The notes below the pieces were generated by a model. The model saw nothing but the letters and a program-made list of their open reading frames with translations. It did no database searches and was not told the origin of the DNA. 55,865 nt of DNA from a virus (taxonomy: Duplodnaviria > Caudoviricetes), in IMG/VR virus record IMGVR_UViG_3300024520_000090, positions 1-55,865 of that record; one strand, 5' to 3'. The position numbers and the translations under genes are program-made. Each line of letters opens with the position of its first letter. Positions within the stretch are counted from its first letter, which is position 1. Of the stretch, positions 9,213 through 18,295 are shown piece after piece.

Positions 9213-9416
9213 ATGGCAAGCAAGACAGGGCCACTGGCCCAACTACTAGACAGCATGGCACCTAAGGGCGGCATGCCCAGGAGCCAAGCACTAGCACAGC
9301 AACGCTGCGCACAGTGCTCGGGCCCTGCAATAAAGTTCCGGGATGACATATCCCGAAAGGAGTTCACACTCACGGCATGGTGTCAGCCCTGCCAAGATAA
9401 GTTCTTCGGCGCCTAA
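9213..9416 (+). CDS. Small zinc-finger protein (CxxC...CxxC)
   Basis: CAQC...FRDDISRKEF...CQPCQD; AGGAG RBS. Confidence 0.75.
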   Translation: MASKTGPLAQLLDSMAPKGGMPRSQALAQQRCAQCSGPAIKFRDDISRKEFTLTAWCQPCQDKFFGA

Positions 9417-9439
9417 TCACACTAACCACAGGAGACATC

Positions 9440-9712
9440 ATGGCAGCAGCACGGATAACACAAGCAGGGGTGGCTACGATCAAGGTCGTAGCTGGCCCGA
9501 CCCTAGAGAAAACGAGCGGGGACGGGTACTTCCAAACAGTAGACATCTCGATTCGCGATAAGGATGGGCGCTCTCTCCTGGAGATCGTCGCCTACTGTAA
9601 AGATGACATGCCCACCCAGGTAGAGCTTGCTCTACACGGCGCTCGAAGTGGGTGCAAGATACCAGCAGCTAACCCAGCAACCCCGGACAAGGAGGACGAA
9701 TGCGCTAGCTAA
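9440..9712 (+). CDS. Hypothetical protein
   Basis: AGGAG RBS, 90 aa. Confidence 0.7.
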   Translation: MAAARITQAGVATIKVVAGPTLEKTSGDGYFQTVDISIRDKDGRSLLEIVAYCKDDMPTQVELALHGARSGCKIPAANPATPDKEDECAS

Positions 9713-9854
9713 CACAGGGGCGCTCACCCCACATAGGAGCCGCAAGCACTGGTCAGATGTGGCCAGTGCCCGAAGCAATAACACAACCCCCTCTGGGTTG
9801 AGCATCCGAGCAGGTGTAAGGCCTGCCTTTATAGCAACTTTATCAGGAGGACGA

Positions 9855-10670
9855 ATGCTAAGAGGATTTGCGGCATACCACCGCGACAAAATGAAACAGC
9901 TACGGACCCGTGCTCGGCGGATGTTTCGAGGCAGGTTTGGCGATGTCTCCAACGGGGTCATCCTGTACGAGGGCCCGAGCCAACTAGACCCGAGCCAGGA
10001 CATCGTCGTCATCGCAACGGGGCTTAACCGCCCGAGCAAGAACGACAAGACGGATGACATGATCCAGGTTTGGATCCTACTGCAAGACGTGGCACCCACT
10101 AAGGCTAACCAGCAAGGGTTAGACGTGGCTGTATGCGGCGACTGTAAGCATAGGCAGTGGCAACGGCAGGATGACGGCAGCATGGCCAAGGTGGGCTCAT
10201 GCTACGTGGTACTCCACAATGCCCCTCTCTCGGTATACAAAGCATACAAGCGAGGGAACTACCCGTGGCTCGACCCCGAGTCAGCACGAGAGCTACTCCG
10301 CGACACCTGGGTACGCTTCGGCGCCTATGGCGATCCGAGTGCGGTGCCTGTTCACATCTGGGAACCGATTCGGGATGTGGTCAGGAAGTACACCGGGTAT
10401 ACACACCAATGGCGCAACCTTGGCCCCGAGTGGCACTGGCTTATGGCAAGCGTAGACACCCCAGCCGAGAGGCTTGAGGCCATGCGCATGGGCTGGCGCT
10501 ACTTCCGAGTGAAGGGTGAGGACGACGAACTATTCGATAACGAGCAGGTATGCGCCTCCGAGGCACGAGGTACATCCTGCGCAGCGTGCGGCTTGTGCGC
10601 TGGGATGTCAACAGCCAAAGCAAAGAGCCAAGTCATCACGGTGCACGGCGTGTTTGCTGGGAACTTCTAG
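9855..10670 (+). CDS. Cys-rich phage protein (Gp88-like, possible Fe-S or degenerate radical-SAM-like fold)
   Basis: AGGAGG RBS; CGDC...CYV, RFGAYGDP, TGYTHQW, MASVD and CAACGLC motifs. Confidence 0.65.
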   Translation: MLRGFAAYHRDKMKQLRTRARRMFRGRFGDVSNGVILYEGPSQLDPSQDIVVIATGLNRPSKNDKTDDMIQVWILLQDVAPTKANQQGLDVAVCGDCKHRQWQRQDDGSMAKVGSCYVVLHNAPLSVYKAYKRGNYPWLDPESARELLRDTWVRFGAYGDPSAVPVHIWEPIRDVVRKYTGYTHQWRNLGPEWHWLMASVDTPAERLEAMRMGWRYFRVKGEDDELFDNEQVCASEARGTSCAACGLCAGMSTAKAKSQVITVHGVFAGNF

Positions 10671-10692
10671 CGACTATCAACAGGGGGGAAAC

Positions 10693-10890
10693 ATGAGTGT
10701 ATGGCTACTGACGCTGGAGGTGCCCGAGGGCAGCCAAGGAATATGGGTGTTCGCTGGTGACGCAGCGGGCAAGGCGGCAGCCGAGGGCACCATCGCAGCA
10801 TGGAAGCGCGATGCAGGGAACATGGGCGACAGCTACTTCATCTTGAAGTGGGTCATAGTTCGCACCGAAGTATACAACGATGTCTACTAG
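10693..10890 (+). CDS. Hypothetical protein
   Basis: G-rich RBS, ATG at 10693. Confidence 0.55.
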   Translation: MSVWLLTLEVPEGSQGIWVFAGDAAGKAAAEGTIAAWKRDAGNMGDSYFILKWVIVRTEVYNDVY

Positions 10891-11095
10891 GAGGATGACG
10901 ATGGTCATAGTCACGGCCAAGCCCGGCGCCTCACAGCGCACTCGCAACCGACTGCGCGAGCATCCGGGTACCTTCGAGTTGAAACAAACCAGCAACCCAG
11001 TTTGCTTCGACCGTGAGGCCCACCTGCTTGAACACCCCGATGGGTGGACAGGGTGGCTGCCTGCCGACGAGGTGGACATCAAAGCAACCGACTAA
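10880..11095 (+). CDS. Hypothetical protein
   Basis: 71-aa ORF in the early cluster; alternative start after AGGAGG. Confidence 0.6.
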   Translation: MSTRRMTMVIVTAKPGASQRTRNRLREHPGTFELKQTSNPVCFDREAHLLEHPDGWTGWLPADEVDIKATD

Positions 11096-11111
11096 CAACA
11101 CAGGAGAGAGC

Positions 11112-11219
11112 ATGCGTGAGAGAGAGAACCTACTTAGAGCCATCAGGAAATACTGGGGGATCACCCTCGGCCAAGCCGAGCTTATGCTTAGAGACATCGA
11201 GGAGAGACAAAGCAGATGA
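11112..11219 (+). CDS. Small hypothetical peptide (35 aa)
   Basis: AGGAG RBS; ATGA coupling to the next gene. Confidence 0.55.
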   Translation: MRERENLLRAIRKYWGITLGQAELMLRDIEERQSR

Positions 11220-11491
11220 GACTACATATACTACAGGAGTTCCTACGGCATCAGTACACACATTACACGGAGTTCCTACGCATCGACGCCAAACCGCATG
11301 GTGACCGTCGAGGGGGCACCGTTGGTCCTGACTGTACCGTCATTATCACAATGCAACACCCCAGCGAACCAACCATGGTGCGGATAGACTACTGGGAGGC
11401 AAAGGCCACGACCGTAAGCTACCACTGGGAGTGCACCGAATCCCTCACGGCTACCCGCCACGTCTGGGCATTCGATCAGGAGGCATCATGA
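11216..11491 (+). CDS. Hypothetical protein
   Basis: ATGA overlaps at both ends. Confidence 0.65.
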   Translation: MRLHILQEFLRHQYTHYTEFLRIDAKPHGDRRGGTVGPDCTVIITMQHPSEPTMVRIDYWEAKATTVSYHWECTESLTATRHVWAFDQEAS

Positions 11492-11934
11492 CCGATGACG
11501 AGCTAGATGCAGCGTACCTGAAGACCCCGAGCGGGCTCCGCTACTTGGCTACTTGTGTCGCCGTTATGAACGGGGGCAAGCCTAGCAAGGAGTATATGCC
11601 GGAATACTGGGCAAGCCCCGAAGCCTACTGGGACACCTTTCGAGGCTGGCCCGATGATGCTGCGGAGGAGGTGGACGTCCTCGCCAGTCTACTGGCAGGG
11701 ATGACTGATATTCTTCGCCACCGTAGCGAGGACAAGCCCTGGACACACACCTTTGGCGGGGCCTACTGGGCTCTGTACTGGAGCAACGCCCAGATACACG
11801 ACTGGATTCGTCTGGCCGTGTATCAAATACAAGAACGAATGTACCCAATACGGTTCGGGCACCAAGTCATCTGCAAACCCTACGAGCGCCGATCGCTAGC
11901 CGAACTACAAGACTTAGGTCTGGAGCCTAGATAA
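11488..11934 (+). CDS. Hypothetical protein
   Basis: AGGAGG RBS, ATG at 11488. Confidence 0.7.
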   Translation: MTDDELDAAYLKTPSGLRYLATCVAVMNGGKPSKEYMPEYWASPEAYWDTFRGWPDDAAEEVDVLASLLAGMTDILRHRSEDKPWTHTFGGAYWALYWSNAQIHDWIRLAVYQIQERMYPIRFGHQVICKPYERRSLAELQDLGLEPR

Positions 11935-11966
11935 CACACCGAGCACAACCTACTGGAGTACTGCGA

Positions 11967-12374
11967 ATGATCTATGTAACTAGAAACCCCGAAGTGTACC
12001 GGGCTTACCTACCCAACTGCTGCCGGTACCAAGACGTGGTGGCGCTTGTCGATCGCTTCATCGAGTGGGCCCTCTACATCCACGATGTCGAGGAGTTCAC
12101 CATCGTAGACTTTCCCTTCAAGCAAGATCACCCCTGGACTAACCCAGGCAACGAAGCCTGGTTCACCTGCCTCTTCAACCCACTACAGAAAGAGGTAGAT
12201 GAGGATGCCGAGTACAAAGCTGAAAGCGTAGCTAGCACCTTGACCTTCCAGATAGAGCAGCTATCCCACGATTTGAGGGACGGCATGAGGCAAGCCATCT
12301 CCGTTCGCTCGGGGGTACCACGGGTACCTGACTGCCGCGACGACGAGGCCATGCCGTGGCCTGGAGAAGAATAA
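11967..12374 (+). CDS. Hypothetical protein
   Basis: GGAG RBS, 135 aa. Confidence 0.7.
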   Translation: MIYVTRNPEVYRAYLPNCCRYQDVVALVDRFIEWALYIHDVEEFTIVDFPFKQDHPWTNPGNEAWFTCLFNPLQKEVDEDAEYKAESVASTLTFQIEQLSHDLRDGMRQAISVRSGVPRVPDCRDDEAMPWPGEE

Positions 12375-12377
12375 AGA

Positions 12378-12405
12378 TTGACAAACCAAACCAATGCTAT
12401 ACAAT
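12378..12405 (+). promoter_or_regulatory. Sigma70-type promoter
   Basis: TTGACA-16 nt-TACAAT in an intergenic gap upstream of an AGGAG RBS. Confidence 0.7.
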
Positions 12406-12444
12406 AGCGTATAACTAATCACAAACCACATAGGAGCAAGCATC

Positions 12445-12885
12445 ATGGCCTGCATAGCTGTATACGTCAGCGAATGCGTCACTGTTGACGTTGACGAAAC
12501 CATTGACATAAACCTGGACCTGTCGGACTACGGCATCACGTCCAAGATCACGATCGAAGACGGGGATGTCTCCGGCTCAGTCCGAGCCGAGTACCAAGTT
12601 GACACGACAGTTGACTGGGACATCGACGAAGACATGGAGGTAGACATCGATGATGACCAAATCATCGAGTGCCTGGAGCAGGAGGCGGGGGACCTCGACT
12701 TCCTGTATGCGTGGATGCAAGACGAGGAGCTACGCAACGACTTCATCGACTACCTGGTCAAGAACGAACTGTCCGCAGAGGATACCGACACCCTGATCGT
12801 CAAGCTCACCCGCTACAAGCAGGAGCTTGAGTTCAAGAAAGCACAGGAAGAACTAGCAGGAGGCGACGATGCCACCCAAGCATAA
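12445..12885 (+). CDS. Highly acidic protein, candidate DNA mimic
   Basis: About 42 D/E versus about 9 K/R in 146 aa (hand count); first gene after the promoter. Confidence 0.6.
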   Translation: MACIAVYVSECVTVDVDETIDINLDLSDYGITSKITIEDGDVSGSVRAEYQVDTTVDWDIDEDMEVDIDDDQIIECLEQEAGDLDFLYAWMQDEELRNDFIDYLVKNELSAEDTDTLIVKLTRYKQELEFKKAQEELAGGDDATQA

Positions 12886-13276
12886 GACCCAGGTAGAGTG
12901 GGCCCTGATAGAGTTGGCAGAGCAGCTACTGGAGCCAGTCAACGATAGCGACCCGTGCCCTGACCCCTACGTGATCGAGGACATCCTCGTCTACATGGGC
13001 TCCCCTTATGTAGGACCCAACGAGGCCGACAACAACGCGATGCGCAAGATGTACTGCGGAGGATATATCTCGGACGAAGACCGCGAGGGTGACTTCGAGT
13101 ACAACCTCACCAAGCTGAGCCGCTGGCCCGACGAGGATGTTAGTGATACGTTGCTCGCATTTAGAGCCACCTACCGAGTGACCTACCAACCTGGTGAGCA
13201 CGAGGAGGAGGAGCTAAGGTATCTTGAACAAGAATACTGGGAGGCTAACGACCTCCGTAAAGATTGGGATTTCTAG
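12869..13276 (+). CDS. Acidic hypothetical protein
   Basis: AGGAGG RBS, D/E-rich. Confidence 0.7.
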   Translation: MPPKHKTQVEWALIELAEQLLEPVNDSDPCPDPYVIEDILVYMGSPYVGPNEADNNAMRKMYCGGYISDEDREGDFEYNLTKLSRWPDEDVSDTLLAFRATYRVTYQPGEHEEEELRYLEQEYWEANDLRKDWDF

Positions 13277-13477
13277 ATGATAAAGCCAGTAACCACAAAG
13301 ATGATCGCCCGTGTGTTAGACGAGCAGCCCCCGACAGCCACTGTCATGGTGCTGCGCCCTGCACAAGGAGGAGTACACCAACAACTCATGGAGGCGCAAG
13401 CCTCCACGTACAAACCCTGGCCTGGCGATCTCGTCACGGTCAATCAACAGCGGTATCGAATCGTTACCGATCTATAG
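13277..13477 (+). CDS. Small hypothetical protein (SH3/KOW-like end)
   Basis: Starts right after the previous stop; PGDLVTVNQQRYRIV. Confidence 0.55.
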   Translation: MIKPVTTKMIARVLDEQPPTATVMVLRPAQGGVHQQLMEAQASTYKPWPGDLVTVNQQRYRIVTDL

Positions 13478-13488
13478 GAGAACAAAGC

Positions 13489-14664
13489 ATGTCACTAATC
13501 GCATCACAACCCACTAACCTAACCTTCGATAGCAATGCCACCGGCACCACGTTAGAGACTGGTTGGCGCAGTAGTCGTAGCAGCCTACAGGTACGCCACC
13601 TGGAGGATGTCCGGGACAACTTGAGGCGACTCAAGCAGCGCCAACAGCCGCAGGACTTCATGCGGAACGCAAGTCACTTCATCGTCCAGTGGAACGGGAC
13701 TACCCCCGAGGGATTCTTCATCCACCAGGATGGAGTGCGCAGCGCCCCGATGAAGCTAGACAGACACGCCCTACGGCAAATGGCCGCCTTCCTACTCCCC
13801 GCTCGGGGGCTAGGTTTCATCGACAGCCTAACCAAGAAGTCGACCATAGGTGGGGACAAGGTGGCTTCTATGGCCTGGGATCTCCACCGCCAGGCCTACA
13901 ACAACGGCGAAGGCAAGGACCACACCTTCCGCACGATACTCGGAACGGATAACCTGCCAATGGTACGAGCGGTACTGTCTGGGGGCTACCCCAGATATGA
14001 TAACCTGGACCTCATCGAGGACGCCATGGTGGGACTGCGGGAGCGGATCGACGAGTGGGCTGTGGTGGACTACAGTGTCCGCAACTCGAAGATGCGAGTG
14101 CGACTGCTCCACCAGAACGAGGTGCACAGGGCCATGGCGGTGAACAAGCCTATCCCCGGCATCAGCCTACGTGACAGTGAGGTCGGTACCAGTCGGGTGT
14201 ACATCCTACCGGAGACGTTCACACCCTGGTGCAGCAATGGCTGTGGCCACTGGGCGCCGCTACTCAAGCAGGGCTACTCTCGGCCACACTCGGGGGTAAC
14301 CTCCGACCAGATACGTGGGGAGGTAGCAGACAAGATGGAGTCCACCCTCACCGAGGCCTACGGTATCCGCAAGGCTTACAACCAAGCTATGCACGTCAAG
14401 ATTGATGACGCCTTTGCCTGGTTCCAAGCCCAGGTGGGAACCGACATCACCCAGTATCAGCAGGAGCAGGTTGAGACTGCGATGGCATCCGAGCCCACAG
14501 TGCGAGGGACTAACCTCCTCGGTACAGTGGTGGATGCAGTGACCTGGGTAGCCCATGAGCAGATGGACCTGGACACCCAGCATCGCATGGAACGCCTCGG
14601 TGGGCAGCTACTGCACGCTGGCCTTGAGCAACAAGTGGACCGACGCATCCTCATCGACGCCTAA
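13489..14664 (+). CDS. DUF932-like phage/plasmid protein
   Basis: AGGAG RBS; RAVLSGGY..YDN and GISLRDSEVG....WCSNG motifs resemble the DUF932 family. Confidence 0.65.
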   Translation: MSLIASQPTNLTFDSNATGTTLETGWRSSRSSLQVRHLEDVRDNLRRLKQRQQPQDFMRNASHFIVQWNGTTPEGFFIHQDGVRSAPMKLDRHALRQMAAFLLPARGLGFIDSLTKKSTIGGDKVASMAWDLHRQAYNNGEGKDHTFRTILGTDNLPMVRAVLSGGYPRYDNLDLIEDAMVGLRERIDEWAVVDYSVRNSKMRVRLLHQNEVHRAMAVNKPIPGISLRDSEVGTSRVYILPETFTPWCSNGCGHWAPLLKQGYSRPHSGVTSDQIRGEVADKMESTLTEAYGIRKAYNQAMHVKIDDAFAWFQAQVGTDITQYQQEQVETAMASEPTVRGTNLLGTVVDAVTWVAHEQMDLDTQHRMERLGGQLLHAGLEQQVDRRILIDA

Positions 14665-14673
14665 ACCCTAACC

Positions 14674-14691
14674 GCCCCCCGCAAGGGGGGC
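14674..14691 (+). terminator. GC-rich hairpin with GCAA tetraloop (possible terminator or processing site)
   Basis: GCCCCCC-GCAA-GGGGGGC right after the stop codon; no U-tract. Confidence 0.45.
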
Positions 14692-14706
14692 CCACGGAGA
14701 GTCACG

Positions 14707-14931
14707 ATGCCTAGCATCCACCTAACTAACGAGGAGGTACGCCTCCTAGAGACGGCAGCCACCGCCACTATCCGCCACCTATACAAGTCCGAGGAAGAGA
14801 TCGCTCCAGTCCTCGACGCGTTAGGGGTTAATCCTGGTGCGGCTCATGTTGACAAGCTATTCACTAACATCGAGCGTGTCCAGGCAAAGCTAAGGGCACT
14901 GCTATATCACGCCTCCTTTACGGGGAGCTAG
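14707..14931 (+). CDS. Hypothetical protein
   Basis: GGAG RBS, 74 aa. Confidence 0.65.
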   Translation: MPSIHLTNEEVRLLETAATATIRHLYKSEEEIAPVLDALGVNPGAAHVDKLFTNIERVQAKLRALLYHASFTGS

Positions 14932-14953
14932 GTAATGGACTACACTACAGGAG

Positions 14954-15205
14954 ATGACTGACACCATGGAATCACAAATCGTAATTGACCTACAGACAGG
15001 GCGCGTGATGAGCGTGCCTTTACAACAAACCTTGACAGGACAAACCGACTTGCTCCCAGAGGGGGCGCTGAAACGAGAACTAGAGAACAAAGACACAGAA
15101 GAATTCTGCGTTGTCGAACTACCGAACAAAGACTGTATCTGGGTAGAACCTATCTTCCACGACTTACCTAGTCGAGTGAGCGGGAACACCCTAGGGGAAT
15201 GCTAA
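14954..15205 (+). CDS. Hypothetical protein
   Basis: AGGAG RBS, 83 aa. Confidence 0.6.
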   Translation: MTDTMESQIVIDLQTGRVMSVPLQQTLTGQTDLLPEGALKRELENKDTEEFCVVELPNKDCIWVEPIFHDLPSRVSGNTLGEC

Positions 15206-15567
15206 TGGGACTACTTGAACAAATCTACCGAAGCCGAGTAGGCCGACGAGGGGAATGGCACGACGCCCCCCAGCGAGAGCTAACAGTGGTATTCAAAAAC
15301 CTGCTCTTAGAGCTACTGCTTTACGGCGGTGACTCAACTGAGGAGGCCGGGGCTGTCGCCTACCTGACGACAATATTCCAGGTCACTTTGAAGCGCCTAC
15401 AACTGGCTGAGACGATTAAACTTGAGGACCCAGAGGCAACACTAACAGGTGTGCTCGACTCCATTGAGCTTGATAAAGAATCAATCCTAGACATCATCAA
15501 CGACTACTACGAGACAACTGACAATGCGATACCGACTACCGAATGCAAACCTAGCAGCACTGGCTAA
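15199..15567 (+). CDS. Hypothetical protein
   Basis: 122 aa, overlaps both neighbours. Confidence 0.6.
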   Translation: MLMGLLEQIYRSRVGRRGEWHDAPQRELTVVFKNLLLELLLYGGDSTEEAGAVAYLTTIFQVTLKRLQLAETIKLEDPEATLTGVLDSIELDKESILDIINDYYETTDNAIPTTECKPSSTG

Positions 15568-17125
15568 GGTCCCCGGTGCGGTCCCTTCACGGGGCACGTC
15601 ACCGGGACCACCCAGGAACTGTCGGGCACTGCTAGGGCTACCCCCTATCGAGGAGGGGGAGCCTTGGCTGACCCCGCCTCCCGAGCTAGAGGACTGGGTG
15701 CCCGAGTGGCTCACACCCTACCAGAAGCGGGGCTGGGCCTTCCTAGTAGCTAGGCGAGGCGGCCTCCTCTACCACCCCCCGGGGGCAGGCAAGACAGCCG
15801 CAGGCCTATGTGCTGCGCTTAGCTGTGCCCAAGGGGGCAAGAAGATTATCGTCATCACACGAGCTACGACGCGACGGCAATGGGACAGAGAGGTCCAACG
15901 TCTCTCTAGCCTACGCCCAAAGATCGTGCGGGGCAGAACCCCGACTCCGATTGAGCGGGACGTGCGCTGCATCATCCTCGGATGGGAGACACTCACCGAC
16001 TGGGTGGGGGCGCTCATCGCATGGGGAGGGCGAGACTTCGTAGTCATCCTCGATGAGATACACAAGGCCAAGTCTAGTCGCCGCCACGAGAAGTACGTAA
16101 AGGCTGCAGGGGTCATCGGATGGCGCACGGCCAAGAACATCACAGCGAGCACGGCTAAGCTATCGAAGGCAGCAGGGTACCGCATTGGGTTATCCGCTAC
16201 ACCTGCCCCGAACGAGCTATCAGACCTATGGTCTGTGCTCGACATCCTAGAGCCTGGTTGCTGGGGGAGGTCCCTAGACTGGGCACGCCGATACTGCGGC
16301 GCCTTCCAGAACCAATGGGGAGGATGGGACACAGGGGGACGGAGCAACATTCCCGAGCTTAAGGCCCGAGTGGCCGAGATTATGCACAAGGTCAACCGAG
16401 CGGAGGTCTTCGAGAACATGCCACCTAAGCGGCGTGAGCTATGCTACCTCTCAAAGGAAGACCAGTCGAGACCGGTGGGCTTCAAGAAGGACCTCCAAGA
16501 GGCAGCACGCCAGGGTAAGAACGCTCTGTTCGAGATGCGTCTGATGGAGGCAGCCGCTCGCAAGCGCAAGTGGGTCATCGACACTGCCCTGGACTGTATC
16601 ATAGAGTACAACCAGAAGGTGGTGATCCTCACAGGGAGGAAGAAAGACTGCGAGGCTATCGCTTCCAGCCTGGAGAAGAAGCTGGCCAAGGTCGAAGACG
16701 CCGAGATGTGGTGGGGCCATGGTGGAGTAAGCACCCACGCACGGGATAAGATGGTCCAGGCTTATTCGGAACGGCCTAGTCGTGCTGCCTTCGTCGGTAC
16801 CACGGATGCCTTCGGGGAAGCCATCGACGGGCTACAGCACACTGACCTGGCTATCTGTTGCCTGCTCCCCTGGAACGGTGGGCGCGTAGAGCAGATGGAG
16901 GGACGCTTCCACCGGAAGTCATCGACCCGACCCGTTCGTATTATGTACGTCATTGCCGAGGGTACAGTCGATGAACACGTCTCTGACCTTGTCTTAAGAA
17001 AACTAAACAACATCGAGAAAGCACTAGACCACCAGGAAGCCAGGGATATAGCTGACACATTAGCAGGACTAGACGACGAGGATGCGATCATCACAAGCAT
17101 CATCAATAAGATGGGAGGCATGTAA
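15524..17125 (+). CDS. SNF2-like superfamily 2 helicase
   Basis: LTPYQ, HPPGAGKT (motif I), ILDEIH (II), LSATP (III), EQMEGRFHR (VI). Confidence 0.9.
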   Translation: MRYRLPNANLAALAKVPGAVPSRGTSPGPPRNCRALLGLPPIEEGEPWLTPPPELEDWVPEWLTPYQKRGWAFLVARRGGLLYHPPGAGKTAAGLCAALSCAQGGKKIIVITRATTRRQWDREVQRLSSLRPKIVRGRTPTPIERDVRCIILGWETLTDWVGALIAWGGRDFVVILDEIHKAKSSRRHEKYVKAAGVIGWRTAKNITASTAKLSKAAGYRIGLSATPAPNELSDLWSVLDILEPGCWGRSLDWARRYCGAFQNQWGGWDTGGRSNIPELKARVAEIMHKVNRAEVFENMPPKRRELCYLSKEDQSRPVGFKKDLQEAARQGKNALFEMRLMEAAARKRKWVIDTALDCIIEYNQKVVILTGRKKDCEAIASSLEKKLAKVEDAEMWWGHGGVSTHARDKMVQAYSERPSRAAFVGTTDAFGEAIDGLQHTDLAICCLLPWNGGRVEQMEGRFHRKSSTRPVRIMYVIAEGTVDEHVSDLVLRKLNNIEKALDHQEARDIADTLAGLDDEDAIITSIINKMGGM

Positions 17126-17201
17126 GATCGAAAGAAAAGAACCACTATATTCGTTAGATTTTAATTAGCATAGGTTTTAACTGACCTACCCAGGAGATAG
17201 C

Positions 17202-17468
17202 ATGAGCAATTATAAAGGATCTCAGACTACACTCTGGAAGTTCTTGTCTGGGATACCCAAACAGGAAGTTGTCGTAGGTATGGACCTAGCTGAGATGGAT
17301 AAGCAATGGGGTGGGTGCCTCGTTAACCCAGAGAACCTGATGTATTCGGAGCGGGTACTACACCCAGCTACATGGGAAAAGTATTACAGATATGGGTGGA
17401 TTACTAGGGCACGCACTCTATCTAAAAAAGGTTTGAGAACGTACCTCAACTTAAAGGAACAATCATGA
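17202..17468 (+). CDS. Hypothetical protein
   Basis: AGGAG RBS, ATGA coupling to the next gene. Confidence 0.7.
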   Translation: MSNYKGSQTTLWKFLSGIPKQEVVVGMDLAEMDKQWGGCLVNPENLMYSERVLHPATWEKYYRYGWITRARTLSKKGLRTYLNLKEQS

Positions 17469-18295
17469 AGAAACTACTTAACCCAGGGCCATCCGAAGCA
17501 GGATGGCATAGACTACAGAACGTGCTGCAATGCCCGCGTAAGTATGCACTGGACGCTGCTCAAGAGTGGGAGTGGAGTCCTCCCCTCATCAAAGGATCTC
17601 TGGTCCACCTCGGCTTGGCGCACCACTACGCACTCAAGCAGAACCCCGAGGCCGACTTGGCTACTCCAGTGGAGGCGGTGGGGCGCTTGGCCCTGGCCCA
17701 GGCCGGAGAACTAAACGATCCGAGATGGCTAGAGTATGCCGAGTTGGTCAATCAGACTATATCGGAGTACATCGATCATTGGAGAGGAGAACAATGGAGG
17801 GTCCTTCAGGTGGAGGAGGAGCTTAGGGCTCAGGTTCAGGATGATGTCCGGGGCGAGAAGTACCTCTACACCCAGCGCCCTGACTTAATCGTTGAGGACA
17901 AGTGGGGCAAGGTTTGGATCGTAGATCACAAAACTACCTACAGGATTAGCCCCAGCACAATTCGGCGGTACACTTTGTCGGGTCAGTTCCTCGGCTATCG
18001 CATACTGGGCAAAGGTTTTTTCAAAGATCGGTTTGCAGGGATTGTACTCAACATGATACAACTACCGAAGGACGCGACAGGCGGTGCTTCTTTCAAGCGA
18101 CCCAACCTGGAGCCTGCTCCTGTTGCTGACGCAGACCATAAACAAACACTCATCTACGCTGAACGACTAATCAGAGACCACCAACATCTAACCGATCCGA
18201 TGGACTGGCCCGCTGTCCATCACGAAACCGCATGTACGACTCCGTATGGACCGTGCCCTTTTCATCACATCTGCCAATGGGGAAATCACCAATGA
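17465..18295 (+). CDS. Cas4-like / PD-(D/E)xK exonuclease
   Basis: QCPRKY, GSLVH, PDLIV...IVDHKT, C-terminal C-x6-CPF-x3-C (four-Cys Fe-S pattern). Confidence 0.85.
   Translation: MKKLLNPGPSEAGWHRLQNVLQCPRKYALDAAQEWEWSPPLIKGSLVHLGLAHHYALKQNPEADLATPVEAVGRLALAQAGELNDPRWLEYAELVNQTISEYIDHWRGEQWRVLQVEEELRAQVQDDVRGEKYLYTQRPDLIVEDKWGKVWIVDHKTTYRISPSTIRRYTLSGQFLGYRILGKGFFKDRFAGIVLNMIQLPKDATGGASFKRPNLEPAPVADADHKQTLIYAERLIRDHQHLTDPMDWPAVHHETACTTPYGPCPFHHICQWGNHQ

Noticed and set aside
9194-14960. CsrA-binding sites (ANGGA) linking early genes to a FliS/FliW/CsrA circuit
   Set aside because: The motif overlaps the Shine-Dalgarno AGGAG and is expected by default; no independent support
17465-18295. CRISPR-Cas system
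   Set aside because: Only a solo Cas4-like nuclease; no repeat-spacer array, cas1 or cas2 seen
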